The notes under the pieces: model-generated
Databases searched by the model: none
What the model saw: only the letters and a program-made list of their open reading frames with translations
Told to the model about the DNA's origin: nothing
Shown here: in pieces, positions 37,641-48,098 of the stretch
Layout: every line of letters begins with the position of its first letter
Position numbering within the stretch: position 1 is the first letter of the stretch
IMG/VR virus record: IMGVR_UViG_3300032320_001447
Coordinates: 1-64,000 of that record
Source of the DNA: a virus
Lineage: Duplodnaviria; Caudoviricetes
DNA length: 64,000 nt
Strand: one strand, 5' to 3'
Program-made: the position numbers and the translations under genes

Positions 37641-38306
37641 TTATAGTCCAAAACGAGCTTTAGTTGCGTTGTAGTTTTGAGTAACTTCGTCTGCAGATAG
37701 CGCTCTATTGTATACTTGAACTATTGGAATATTACCATTAACATATTCTCCACTATCGTTTGCCCATCTTCCAATATTACATGTTGTATTCCCAACATAG
37801 TAACCAGCTGCGGTTCTACTTGTATTAAAAATACCATTTTGATATATACTTTGAACAAACCCTGTTGTTAATGTAACAGCGAAGCAATTCCATACTCCGG
37901 TAATGCTTGTCACAGTAGCAGATAAATCATCGTTATACATACCAAAAAGAAAACTAGTATTATTTACCATTCTTAAATGAAGTGCCTGCCTAGTTGCGGC
38001 ACCAGTTCCAATGCTAAACACGGTATCACTAGTAGGAGTCACATTAGAGTAAACCCAACATATTATAGTAAAAGCGCTACTTGCTATATTAATAGTATCA
38101 GTTACATATTGATTAGTTCCATTAAATACTAAACCTCCTCCATTACTAGAAGTAAACGTTGGACTATTTACTAGTGTTCCATTATTATTATTTCCACTTA
38201 AATCATTCCACACAGTTCCTGTCCCAGGGTAGCTGTTCAGACTAGCAGCGTCCAACTCTAATACGAGTCCATTTCTTACTATATTTGCGCCTCCTATTGT
38301 TGCCAT
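37641..38306 (-). CDS. LamG/concanavalin-A-like domain protein (paralog 9)
   Basis: GLVL.LDAA..SYPGTG..W.DLSGN N-terminus; YNRALS.EV.QNYNA.K.RFGL C-terminus. Confidence 0.8.
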   Translation of the reverse strand: MATIGGANIVRNGLVLELDAASLNSYPGTGTVWNDLSGNNNNGTLVNSPTFTSSNGGGLVFNGTNQYVTDTINIASSAFTIICWVYSNVTPTSDTVFSIGTGAATRQALHLRMVNNTSFLFGMYNDDLSATVTSITGVWNCFAVTLTTGFVQSIYQNGIFNTSRTAAGYYVGNTTCNIGRWANDSGEYVNGNIPIVQVYNRALSADEVTQNYNATKARFGL

Positions 38307-38307
38307 G

Positions 38308-38982
38308 TTATAAGTTGAATCTTGATTTTATTGCGTTGTAATTTTGTAGGATTTCTGCTGCGGATAGCGATCTATTGTAAAATTGAATATTTGATATACT
38401 GCCTTGAAAAAAATCTCCTGCATTACGATCAAAACTAGTAGCGATATTTCTAGCGTTCGAAGTAATCCCACCAGAAAAACTCCCAACTGCAGAATTATCA
38501 AAAATGCCATTCATATATATTGCACGTGTAGTGCCGTTTACGACAAAAGTAGCATTATGCCAAGCGTTAGTTGTTAAAGTTAAATTGCTATCTAAAGCAG
38601 TATCTTGAGAAGTAGATCCATTACCTATAATAATTCTTATTTTATTGCTTTCTTGTGCAAAAAGATAATTTCTACCAGAAGCACTCCAATCTGATGTTAA
38701 ATATGAATTGGCTACTCTTGTAGGTAGGAACCACACACCTACGCTATAATTAGTATTGAGTCTTGTTAACGAACTAGGCAGGCTAATATTTTGAGTAGTT
38801 CCATTAAATGTTAAAATACCGGCATTAGCAAAACTAAACGTAGGTGTATTTACTAAAGTTGCATTATTGTTATTCCCGCTCAAATCGTTACAATTAGTTC
38901 CGGTCCCAGGATAACTATTCCTACTAGCAGCATCCAAAGACAATACCAATCCATTTCTTATTATGTTTGCTCCTGTGTACAT
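38308..38982 (-). CDS. LamG/ConA-like domain protein (paralog 8)
   Basis: Same conserved termini, divergent core. Confidence 0.8.
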   Translation of the reverse strand: MYTGANIIRNGLVLSLDAASRNSYPGTGTNCNDLSGNNNNATLVNTPTFSFANAGILTFNGTTQNISLPSSLTRLNTNYSVGVWFLPTRVANSYLTSDWSASGRNYLFAQESNKIRIIIGNGSTSQDTALDSNLTLTTNAWHNATFVVNGTTRAIYMNGIFDNSAVGSFSGGITSNARNIATSFDRNAGDFFQGSISNIQFYNRSLSAAEILQNYNAIKSRFNL

Positions 38983-39668
38983 TATAGATTGAATCTTGAT
39001 TTTTGAGCGTTATAGTTTTGTTGTATTTCTGCTAATGTTAAAACTCTATTGTATATTTGTGTGTTGGCTATTTTACCATTAAAGTATCGGCTATCTAAAG
39101 TGTTACCTCCAATGGCGATGTTGGGATTTGCTGTTAAAGCCGCAGAAGTGGCGCTCGTACTTCCTTCGGATATACCATTTATATATACTTGTTTAGAGCT
39201 TCCACTACCATTTTTTACTGCGGTTATATAAAACCAAGCACCCGTGTTTAGTATAATGCTTCCGTTTAAAGAAGAGTCTGGATTGCCCGTAAAAAAGGAA
39301 ATCTGATTGTTTAATATGGCCAATACAAAATCGTTAAAAGTACCCGCTACGTCTGACCATATAATTCCGTTGCCTTGCCAAGCTTGAGTACCCGTTAAAC
39401 TTGTTGCGGTTGTGCTTATCCAACACGCTAATGTAAAATTTACACCCGTAGTATTCGATAAAGCTATGTAATCATTCGTTCCATCAAAAACAAAAGTACC
39501 ACCATTATCAGAACTAAATGTTGGCGAGTTAGTTAACGTTCCGTTAGTGTTGTTTCCACTTAAATCTCTCAAAGTAGTTCCAGATCCAGGGTAGCTGTTC
39601 CTACTGCCTGCATCGTAAGCCACTATAAGTCCATTGGTTACTGTTTTTGGGCCTCTATTAAATGCCAT
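38982..39668 (-). CDS. LamG/ConA-like domain protein (paralog 7)
   Basis: Same conserved termini, divergent core. Confidence 0.8.
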   Translation of the reverse strand: MAFNRGPKTVTNGLIVAYDAGSRNSYPGSGTTLRDLSGNNTNGTLTNSPTFSSDNGGTFVFDGTNDYIALSNTTGVNFTLACWISTTATSLTGTQAWQGNGIIWSDVAGTFNDFVLAILNNQISFFTGNPDSSLNGSIILNTGAWFYITAVKNGSGSSKQVYINGISEGSTSATSAALTANPNIAIGGNTLDSRYFNGKIANTQIYNRVLTLAEIQQNYNAQKSRFNL

Positions 39669-39669
39669 G

Positions 39670-42600
39670 TTATAACAGTCTTATTAGTGAACGAATTGTC
39701 CAAGCTGCAGTAGATGCGCTAGCTTGAAGCTGTATGTTACCGGCAGAAATTCCAGTTTGTAATAGCACTCCTGATGTGCTACCTCCCAAATCTGCTGTGT
39801 AGTTTTCGTAGTATTCGGTAGCAGATCCTGACCATGTTGAGGTTACCGTTCCTGCTCTTACAATAGAGCCTGAGAACATTACGTAGTCGAAGAACGCAGC
39901 TCTGTAAGACGAAGTTGCCTCTGATGCAATTACTTGATAGCCTCCTGCGGAAACCGATAAGTTTTGACCGTAATCGAATGAAGCTGATTGAACAGTAACT
40001 ACTCCGAATACTGTTTGATTACCACTTAAAGTTAAACTGCCTGTAATATTCACGCTACCAGTCATGGTTTGCGTATTAGTCAACGCATTACCAAAGATGT
40101 TAGAACCAGAACTATAAGTAATAGAACTTGTGATGGTTTGTACTACTAGAGTTTGCGCAGTTAGAGTTCCAGTTGTAGTGATGTTTCCAGTAGAATTGAT
40201 AGATCCTGTAACTCCTAAACTGCCTGTGATTTGAGCGGATCCTGTGAAAGGAAATCCCGCTGCTGATCCACCGCCTATTAAGAAAGAAGCAGTTAATGCG
40301 TTTGTAGCGTTTATCGCATAAGAAGCAGACGTAGCGATTAGTGAAGACGACGCTAAAATAGCAGAACTTGCCGTATAAGCGTAACTAGCGGAAACTGCTT
40401 GCGATGCGGTTCCAAAATAAGATCCACTAAAGTTACCTTGATAAGACCCAGAAAAAGATCCACTAAATGTGCCAGTTCCAGAAGAAGCAAAAGATGCAGA
40501 TATGGCTGTATTAGCTGTAGTAGCGCTTATTACTACAGAAGACGAGTAGCCTCCTTTAGAAGCTACCGCGACACCAGTAGTAGGAGTAGAAAAGTAGATT
40601 AATGCAGAAGAAGTGTCAACCGCTTGTATTCTTTGAGGAATTATAACACTATTCGTGTTGTCGTATATTGTGAATACTGGGTACTGAGTCTGTAAGAAGT
40701 GATTAAAGGACCAAGTAAACGCTGCGGATGAGGTTTGAAATAGTATGGAGCTAGCGCTTCCTCCTAATGCAAAAGACGCAGTTAGAGCGTTTTGTGCCCA
40801 AGAAGCGGTACCGAATAAAGAACCTGTAACTGAACCTGATAAAGATCCTGTGATAGATCCAAGTATTGCTAAAGATCCTGTAAGATTATGAGAATCGGTT
40901 ATTAGATTACCTATCTTGGTGCCAGTGTTAGTAACTTGAAATTCTATTCCGCTACCTGTTACAACTGTAAAACTACCAGATATAAGTACTGCTTGGGTTA
41001 AGGTATTAACAGAAGAGGCAGTTTGAGCTAAACTTGAACTTATAGCAGAACTTGCTGTGAATGCGTAGGAAGCTGATGTGACAGACCCAGTTATGAAGTT
41101 AGTTGCCCAACTAGCTGTTCCAAATAAAGAACCTGTAAGATCTGTAGCAGTTACACGACCAATAATAGTAGCTGAACCGGATACATTCAAACTGCCTGTC
41201 ATTGTTTGAGTATTCACAGTAGAATTTCCAAAAATATTACTACCAGAAGAGAATACTATAGAGCTAGTAACTGTTTGTACTACCAAAGTTTGTGCAGTTA
41301 AAGTTCCAGTTGTAGTGATATTTCCAGTAGAATTTATAGAGCCTGTAACTCCCAAAGAACCGGTGATTTGTGCAGATCCTGTGAAAGGAAATCCAACTCC
41401 TGATCCGCCACCTATTAGGAAAGAAGCTGTTAATGCATTTTGTGCCCAAGAAGCAGTACCGAAGAGAGATCCAGTAATTCCGTTACTAACAGATAAACTT
41501 CCTGTAATTGCTCCTGAACCTGTGATAATTAAAGAACCTGTGATAAGTAGTGTATCTGCGTTAGAAGAAAATGCGCTAGATCCCTGGTTTGCAGTAACTG
41601 ATAAACTGCCCGTAATTCCAAGACTTCCGGTTATTTGTGCAGATCCCGTATAAGGAAATGCTGCTCCACCACCACCGGTAACTGTAACTGTTGCTACACC
41701 ACCGCCTACAGTTGCTGTAACTCCTGAACCTACAAAGTTAATAGTGCCTGCTGATCCTTGTGGAGATCCCTCATCTTGAATATTAATAGTACTTGCACCT
41801 GCTAATACGTAAGATGCTGTAGTTGCATAGGATGCACTTATTGCTTGTGATGCTGTACCGAATAGAGAAGCCGTAACAGAACCTGAGAAAGATCCTGTAA
41901 ATGCGCCGCTGCCTCTTAAACTAAAGGAAGCTGTTTGAGCTAAACTTGAACTAATAGTAGAGCTAGCAGTGAAAGCATAAGAAGCCGAGGTAACAGAGCT
42001 GGTTATGAAGTTAGTTGCCCAGCTAGCAGTTCCGAATAGAGAACCAGTAATATCTGTAGCTGTGACTCTACCTATAATAGTAGCTGAACCTGAAACGTTC
42101 AAACTACCCGTCATTGTTTGAGTATTAGCTGTACTATTTCCAAAGATATTGCTACCTGAACTAAACACAACAGAAGAGCTAACTGTTGTTACTACTAAGG
42201 TTTGAGCAGTTAGAGTTCCGTTGATTAGAGCTACTGATGCGGTAATTGCTCCTAAAATATTTTGACTTCCAGTATAGATATTAGAACCCGTAGTAGCGTA
42301 CGTTCTTTCTATTTGCGTTACTCTTGTTGAGAAAGATCCAGATGCTACTTGAAGAGAGGCTGTAGTCGCTTCTATGCTAGATACACGACTAGAGAAAGAA
42401 GAACTATCACTGGTGATTCTTGTGGAGAAAGACGCACTTGCTGCAACCAAATTGGAAGCAGTAGTTTCAGTATTAGTAAGTCTTGTAGAAAATGAACCTG
42501 ATGCGGTTACTAAAAGTGAAGAGGTAGCTTCTTCGTTAGTAAGTCTTGTGGATATCGAACCAGATCCTAGATAATTAACTGCGAATGATGAACTAATTGC

Positions 42601-45327
42601 ACTACTAGCAGTGAATGCAAAAGAAGAAGAAACGGCTTGAGACGCAGTTCCAAATAAAGAACCGGTAATTGAGCCAGACAAAGAACCTGTGATACCAGAT
42701 AAAACAATTAAGCTGCCGGTTATAATTGCGTTACCATTTACGTCGAATGCTGCGCTTGATCCAGTTTTACCGATAGCGATTCTATTTCTTACAAATAAAT
42801 TGCCTTGACCTAATCCTACGGGCGCTAAAGTGGTGGAATCGTATCCAACAAATAACGTATTACTAAATGCATAATCACCCCATCCATTAAATAACAATAC
42901 GCCTCCTTGTGTATTGTCCGATCTTGAGGACGATAATACTGTAGTAACGGTATCGCCTATTATTTGAATACCATTGCGAGGTCTAATTAAGCCATTTACG
43001 TCTAGTAAAGCTTGAGGTATACCATTCAATGGAGTAATTCCTCCAATACCAACGTAAGCGCCACTTGATGAAATGAATATTCTAGAAGTACCGTTAGTTT
43101 CTAATACTAAATTTTGTAAATCGTTAGTTCCTAATACAGCTTGAGCGCCAAATGAATTACCATTTTGAAGAAAAGCGCCAGTTGCGTTTGTTGCAAAAGA
43201 AGAACTTATCGCTGAGCTAGCTGTGAATGCGTATGATGCTGATGTAACTGACCCAGTTACGAAGTTAGTTGCCCAACTAGCTGTGCCAAATAGAGAACCA
43301 GTAATATCTGTAGCTGTGACTCTACCTATAATAGTAGCTGAACCTGAAACGTTCAAACTACCCGTCATTGTTTGAGTGTTGGCAGTAGAATTTCCAAAGA
43401 CATTAGAGCCCGAACTAAACACAACTGAAGAACTAACTGTGCTTACTACCAAGGTTTGCGCAGTTAAAATTCCATTGATTAGCGCAGCTGAAGCAGTTAT
43501 TGCTCCTAAAATGTTTTGACTTCCTGTGAATATGTTTGAGCCAGTAGTAGCGTAGGTTCTTTCAATTTGTGTTACTCTTGTTGAGAAAGATCCAGATGCT
43601 ACTTGAAGTGACGCTGTAGTTGCTTCTATGCTAGATACACGTGAAGAGAAAGAAGAACTATCACTTGTAATTCTTGTTGAGAATGAACTTGATGCAGTTT
43701 CTAAAGAGGTCGTTCTTGTAGAGAAAGAAGCACTCGCTGCAATTAAATTTGAAGCTGTAATCTCTGTGTTGGTTACTCTAGTAGAAAATGAACCTGAAGC
43801 TGTTACTAGGTTAGACGCTGTAATCTCTGTGTTAGTTGTTCTTGTAGAAAATGATGCACTTGCAGCAACTAAATTGGAAGCAGTAGTTTCAGTGTTAGTA
43901 AGTCTTGTGGATATCGAACCAGATCCTAGATAGTTAACTGCGAATGATGAACTAATTGCACTACTAGCAGTGAATGCAAAAGAAGAAGAAACAGCTTGTG
44001 AGGCAGTTCCGAATAGAGAAGCGGTAACTGAACCTGAGAAAGATCCGGTAAAGCTTCCACTAAAAGTAGCGGATACGATTCCAGGAAAACTAGTATTACC
44101 TGAGCCATCTAATAGCGTAGCCGTTCTTACTAACGAACTAAATACACCGGTATATTGTCTAACGTGTATAGGTTCTGTGCCATCATCTGCGGTTGCTATT
44201 TCAGCAAAACCTGCGTTTGTTGCCGTACCACCAACTAAAATTCTAAATTGGTCATTATCGGCCATATTGCCTCTAACAAGTTCTGTTGAGTTTGTGCCCG
44301 TTACAGTAGCAATAACAGTAGATGCAGTTGAAGCAAAAGAAGAGGATACGGCTTGAAATGCATTGGTTGCGCTAGATGCTGTGAATGCGTAAGAAGCCGA
44401 GGTAACAGTTCCTGGAGCCACGGTTAATATATTACCTCCTGAGTCTACTGCTAAGTTTGCTACTACCGTTCCTGGGAAAGCTCCAGCGCTGGTGTAAGAA
44501 GTGAACGCAATTTGATTTGTATTTAAGTTAGCGCTTAATACTTCTCCAATACTTCCTGTATTCGTCCCTCTTAATAGTCTAAATCTATTTTGATAAAGAT
44601 CAAGCATTGAGGCAGATGTATATGTACCTCCTGGTGCATTAAATCCAAGTTGACCTCCTTCATTTGCGGTATCACGAGCTCCTAAAGTTAAAGTATTTTC
44701 GATAGCTCCTATTGATCCTGACCCTACTACTAAACTTCCTGTTATTACTACATTTTGATTTAGTGTATTAACGAAAGATGCAGTTGAAGCAAAAGAAGCG
44801 CTAATAGCTGAAGATGCGGTGAAAGCAAAAGAAGCAGAAGTAACGGACCCAGTTACAAAGTTAGTCGCCCAGCTAGCAGTACCAAATAAAGATCCAGTAA
44901 TTCCAGAGCTAACTGTTAAAGACCCAGTTATAGTTGAACTACCTGAGATGATTTCGTTACCTCTAACTGTTAAACTTCCAGTGATGCCTACGGATCCAGT
45001 AAGTACTTGAGTGTTAGATAGACTATTACCAAAAATATTAGACCCAGAGCTGTATACTACAGAAGAGCTAATCGTGCTGACCACCAAGGTCTGAGCAGTT
45101 AACGTATTAGCAACAGTAAAGTTGTTTGCGAAGCTTGAGGTTTGCGCGAAAGAAGCTGAGAATGCGTTTGAGGCAGAGCTAGCCGTAAAAGCGTAAGACG
45201 CAGAGACTGCTTGACTTGAGGTACCGAACAGGCTACCGGTTATACCGTTGGTTACTATAAGACTTCCGGATACTACGGAGTTATTTTGGGCGATGACGCC
45301 ATTTCTTGCTACGAATTCGTTTGGCAT
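39670..45327 (-). CDS. Giant Ser/Thr/Gly/Ala-rich fibre protein (1885 aa)
   Basis: Repeated TGSLFGTAS, LTAQTLVV..SSS..SSGSNIFG and SASFSTR modules. Confidence 0.8.
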   Translation of the reverse strand: MPNEFVARNGVIAQNNSVVSGSLIVTNGITGSLFGTSSQAVSASYAFTASSASNAFSASFAQTSSFANNFTVANTLTAQTLVVSTISSSVVYSSGSNIFGNSLSNTQVLTGSVGITGSLTVRGNEIISGSSTITGSLTVSSGITGSLFGTASWATNFVTGSVTSASFAFTASSAISASFASTASFVNTLNQNVVITGSLVVGSGSIGAIENTLTLGARDTANEGGQLGFNAPGGTYTSASMLDLYQNRFRLLRGTNTGSIGEVLSANLNTNQIAFTSYTSAGAFPGTVVANLAVDSGGNILTVAPGTVTSASYAFTASSATNAFQAVSSSFASTASTVIATVTGTNSTELVRGNMADNDQFRILVGGTATNAGFAEIATADDGTEPIHVRQYTGVFSSLVRTATLLDGSGNTSFPGIVSATFSGSFTGSFSGSVTASLFGTASQAVSSSFAFTASSAISSSFAVNYLGSGSISTRLTNTETTASNLVAASASFSTRTTNTEITASNLVTASGSFSTRVTNTEITASNLIAASASFSTRTTSLETASSSFSTRITSDSSSFSSRVSSIEATTASLQVASGSFSTRVTQIERTYATTGSNIFTGSQNILGAITASAALINGILTAQTLVVSTVSSSVVFSSGSNVFGNSTANTQTMTGSLNVSGSATIIGRVTATDITGSLFGTASWATNFVTGSVTSASYAFTASSAISSSFATNATGAFLQNGNSFGAQAVLGTNDLQNLVLETNGTSRIFISSSGAYVGIGGITPLNGIPQALLDVNGLIRPRNGIQIIGDTVTTVLSSSRSDNTQGGVLLFNGWGDYAFSNTLFVGYDSTTLAPVGLGQGNLFVRNRIAIGKTGSSAAFDVNGNAIITGSLIVLSGITGSLSGSITGSLFGTASQAVSSSFAFTASSAISSSFAVNYLGSGSISTRLTNEEATSSLLVTASGSFSTRLTNTETTASNLVAASASFSTRITSDSSSFSSRVSSIEATTASLQVASGSFSTRVTQIERTYATTGSNIYTGSQNILGAITASVALINGTLTAQTLVVTTVSSSVVFSSGSNIFGNSTANTQTMTGSLNVSGSATIIGRVTATDITGSLFGTASWATNFITSSVTSASYAFTASSTISSSLAQTASFSLRGSGAFTGSFSGSVTASLFGTASQAISASYATTASYVLAGASTINIQDEGSPQGSAGTINFVGSGVTATVGGGVATVTVTGGGGAAFPYTGSAQITGSLGITGSLSVTANQGSSAFSSNADTLLITGSLIITGSGAITGSLSVSNGITGSLFGTASWAQNALTASFLIGGGSGVGFPFTGSAQITGSLGVTGSINSTGNITTTGTLTAQTLVVQTVTSSIVFSSGSNIFGNSTVNTQTMTGSLNVSGSATIIGRVTATDLTGSLFGTASWATNFITGSVTSASYAFTASSAISSSLAQTASSVNTLTQAVLISGSFTVVTGSGIEFQVTNTGTKIGNLITDSHNLTGSLAILGSITGSLSGSVTGSLFGTASWAQNALTASFALGGSASSILFQTSSAAFTWSFNHFLQTQYPVFTIYDNTNSVIIPQRIQAVDTSSALIYFSTPTTGVAVASKGGYSSSVVISATTANTAISASFASSGTGTFSGSFSGSYQGNFSGSYFGTASQAVSASYAYTASSAILASSSLIATSASYAINATNALTASFLIGGGSAAGFPFTGSAQITGSLGVTGSINSTGNITTTGTLTAQTLVVQTITSSITYSSGSNIFGNALTNTQTMTGSVNITGSLTLSGNQTVFGVVTVQSASFDYGQNLSVSAGGYQVIASEATSSYRAAFFDYVMFSGSIVRAGTVTSTWSGSATEYYENYTADLGGSTSGVLLQTGISAGNIQLQASASTAAWTIRSLIRLL

Positions 45328-45335
45328 GTTCTAGT

Positions 45336-45360
45336 ACCCCAGTTCCCATTTCCCTGAGGT
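45336..45360 (-). promoter_or_regulatory. Leader hairpin ACCTCAG-GGAAATGGGAA-CTGGGGT
   Basis: Stem ends 8 nt before ATG of MPNEF gene; related element at 37593-37614. Confidence 0.6.
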
Positions 45361-45393
45361 GCAGGTTTTATATAAATATTGTAGAGAAAACTA

Positions 45394-46104
45394 TTAAGCG
45401 ATTTTAAAACGACGCTTAAGTGCATTAAAATTCTGTGTCACCTCTGCTGCTGATAGTGCACGATTGTATACTTGAACTAACCCAATGTAGCCTTGAAAAT
45501 ATTCGGTCGATGTTGGATCGCCGCCTACGTAAAAAGGCATGTTACCCGAGAAAAATGTAGGGTTATCTCCAGTTCTAAGATATGGAGGAGACGTCTCAGT
45601 TGTTAATGTTGGTGTACTTAGCGTATTATAATATAACTTCATGTTGTTTGTATTAGTACCAAAAGTAGCTCCGTCCCAAACAGCACACATATTGTTCCAT
45701 TTAGATATAGGTTGTGGTAGATATACTTGACCAGGATTCATTTCAAACTTTTGAGTTGTTATCTTATAAAAGGTAGAACCCGGTCCTCTATATCCCGCAA
45801 CTACATTATCGTCTTGAAACTCTGGAACATACCATGCATTTATTGAAAAGGATGAGGATATGCTTTGCTGTGGAAGAGTAAAATTAGTGGAAACGTAACG
45901 CTGTTGAGTTGTATTAAAACCGAATGCCGCGGCTCCATTAAAAGAATCATAACTAACTCCATTAACTAAACTTCCGCTATAATTATTTCCACTCAAATCT
46001 CTCCAAATAGTGCCCGAACCAGGATAGCTGTTTCTATCACCGGCGTCTAAAGCCAATACAAGTCCGTTTGTTACTAATTTTCCATTTGCGTATTTCGTTG
46101 CCAT
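45394..46104 (-). CDS. LamG/ConA-like domain protein (paralog 6)
   Basis: Conserved termini. Confidence 0.8.
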   Translation of the reverse strand: MATKYANGKLVTNGLVLALDAGDRNSYPGSGTIWRDLSGNNYSGSLVNGVSYDSFNGAAAFGFNTTQQRYVSTNFTLPQQSISSSFSINAWYVPEFQDDNVVAGYRGPGSTFYKITTQKFEMNPGQVYLPQPISKWNNMCAVWDGATFGTNTNNMKLYYNTLSTPTLTTETSPPYLRTGDNPTFFSGNMPFYVGGDPTSTEYFQGYIGLVQVYNRALSAAEVTQNFNALKRRFKIA

Positions 46105-46108
46105 AACT

Positions 46109-46369
46109 TTATATTATACGTGAATATATTATACGTGAATTCCATTCTTCCGTAGAAAGAATTTCAATTATTTCATCATGCGTATATGGTCCTTCACTTC
46201 CAACTAAAGTAGATACAAATGAAGGCTGTTCATCTGTCCATTTTACAAATGTTTTTGAATTATCGACTGATTTTCTTACGGTTTCTTCCGAAGTTTCTAA
46301 TACTTGTGTAAAATCTACTTTAGAAAGTTCTGTTGTTGGTAAAATGATATATTTTCTTGTGTCGTACAT
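46109..46369 (-). CDS. Small acidic protein associated with LamG genes
   Basis: VLETSEETVRKSVD..KTFVKW...GPYTHDEI. Confidence 0.7.
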   Translation of the reverse strand: MYDTRKYIILPTTELSKVDFTQVLETSEETVRKSVDNSKTFVKWTDEQPSFVSTLVGSEGPYTHDEIIEILSTEEWNSRIIYSRII

Positions 46370-46372
46370 GTG

Positions 46373-46441
46373 TTATAAATTAAATTTTGATTTTTTTGCG
46401 TTGTAGTTTTTTTGAATTTCTCAAACTGAAAGAACTCTATT
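46373..46441 (-). pseudogene. Remnant 3' end of a deleted LamG paralog
   Basis: Translates NRVLSV*EIQKNYNAKKSKFNL*, matching the paralog C-terminus NRVLTLAEIQQNYNAQKSRFNL. Confidence 0.75.
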
Positions 46442-47111
46442 TTAAGCCGAATCGTGATTTTAAGGCGTTGTAGTTTTGACGAATTTCTGTTGTTGTAAGT
46501 GCTCTGTTATATATGGAGACTTCTGAGATATTACCATTCATAAATTGACTACCATCATCAGTTCTTCCTCCTAAAGATATAGTATCACTAGCACTCCAAG
46601 TTACAGTGTTTGCACTTCCATATGAAACAGAATTTACATAAGTTTTATAACCATTTGTAATACTATTTCCCTCACGAACAAACACCACATTATACCAAGT
46701 ATTTACTGCTATGGTTGGAGTGCTTAAAGATTGCCCAGATAATCCATCACTTGTCCAGAAACCCAAATTAGGAGTGGAGATATCCATTAATAGAAGTATA
46801 TAATTAGGAGTTGGAATACTAATTATATTTCTATAACCGCTAGAAACTACATTTGTTTTAAACCAAACAGACCAAGTAAACGCATTGGAAGAAATATAAG
46901 ATGTATTAACTATATCATTAGTGCCATCAAATACAATACTACCACCATTAGCACTATTAAATGTAGGTCCATTAACTAATGACCCACTATTATTATTTCC
47001 ACTAACATCATTCCATGTAGTTCCAGTCCCAGGATAACTATTTCTATCAGCAGCATCTAGCGCTAATACTAATCCATCTTGAATCGCATTTGGTCCACCT
47101 GATACTCCCAT
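46437..47111 (-). CDS. LamG/ConA-like domain protein (paralog 5)
   Basis: Conserved termini. Confidence 0.8.
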   Translation of the reverse strand: MGVSGGPNAIQDGLVLALDAADRNSYPGTGTTWNDVSGNNNSGSLVNGPTFNSANGGSIVFDGTNDIVNTSYISSNAFTWSVWFKTNVVSSGYRNIISIPTPNYILLLMDISTPNLGFWTSDGLSGQSLSTPTIAVNTWYNVVFVREGNSITNGYKTYVNSVSYGSANTVTWSASDTISLGGRTDDGSQFMNGNISEVSIYNRALTTTEIRQNYNALKSRFGLK

Positions 47112-47112
47112 A

Positions 47113-47829
47113 TTATGTTAGATTAAAGCGTGATTTTGTTGCGTTGTAGTTTTGAAGAACTTCTGTTGTATTTAATATAGTATTATATATTTTTACACTA
47201 TATATATTTCCAGCAAAATATTCACCTACAGGGCTTGCTCCATATCCTGCTCCTATTATTAAAGGAGGAGTTGAATATGATATAGCTCCTGCTGTGAAAG
47301 TTGTTGATGATAATACAGAACCATTTAAATAAACTACAGCGGCTCCTGTAGAACTATTAAGTGTAAAAGTTACATTATATATAGTGTTAGCTACAAAAGT
47401 ATAATTTGGTTGTAAAGCTCTATATGTGCCTCCAGTGTTTGTACTACATTCTAATACAGTTCCAGTATTATTTATTCTTATCATATAAGATAAATAAGGA
47501 GGAGTCCAAACAGGACCGTTAAAAGGTTTTGATATTATATTTGAAAATGAATTAAAAGAAGTAGGTCTAAACCAAGTATCAATACTAAATGAAGCAGGTC
47601 TAAGAGTACTGTTATCAGATGCAGTAGCATAATCATTAGTGCCATCAAATACAATACTACCACCATTACCACTATTAAATGTAGGACCATTTGTTAATGT
47701 TCCAGTATTGTTATTTCCACTTAAATCAGTCCAAGTAGTACCTGAATCAGGATAACTGTTTCTATCGGCAGCGTCTAAAGCAAGCACCAATCCGTTTGTT
47801 ACTATTTTTGGGCCATTATCGAATGACAT
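47113..47829 (-). CDS. LamG/ConA-like domain protein (paralog 4)
   Basis: Conserved termini. Confidence 0.8.
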   Translation of the reverse strand: MSFDNGPKIVTNGLVLALDAADRNSYPDSGTTWTDLSGNNNTGTLTNGPTFNSGNGGSIVFDGTNDYATASDNSTLRPASFSIDTWFRPTSFNSFSNIISKPFNGPVWTPPYLSYMIRINNTGTVLECSTNTGGTYRALQPNYTFVANTIYNVTFTLNSSTGAAVVYLNGSVLSSTTFTAGAISYSTPPLIIGAGYGASPVGEYFAGNIYSVKIYNTILNTTEVLQNYNATKSRFNLT

Positions 47830-47830
47830 A

Positions 47831-48079
47831 CTACGCTGGTGTTTCTTCTGTTGGAGTTTCTACAGGAGTTTCTACAGGAGTTTCTTCTGTCGCGACTACC
47901 GCTTCTAATTGACTTGCTCTGTACAATCTACCGGTTGGGTCCGCAGCTTGAAGTTCGTCAGCTTTCGCTTGAGTCTCTTCTAAGTTGTCGTATTGATAAA
48001 TTGGATCTTCTGGAGTTAGTCTTGCTACCCAGATTTGATCTAAGCCAGGAATAAATTCCATTTGTACTTCGTATAACAT
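47831..48079 (-). CDS. Small acidic protein with ETPV repeats
   Basis: 82 aa; C-terminal ETPV tandem repeats. Confidence 0.65.
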   Translation of the reverse strand: MLYEVQMEFIPGLDQIWVARLTPEDPIYQYDNLEETQAKADELQAADPTGRLYRASQLEAVVATEETPVETPVETPTEETPA

Positions 48080-48098
48080 ATAATATAATTTTAAAAGT

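Noticed and set aside
46111-46140. 15-bp perfect tandem duplication ATATTATACGTGAAT at the end of ORF86
   Set aside because: Real, but most simply a replication-slippage event adding five residues; no sign of function
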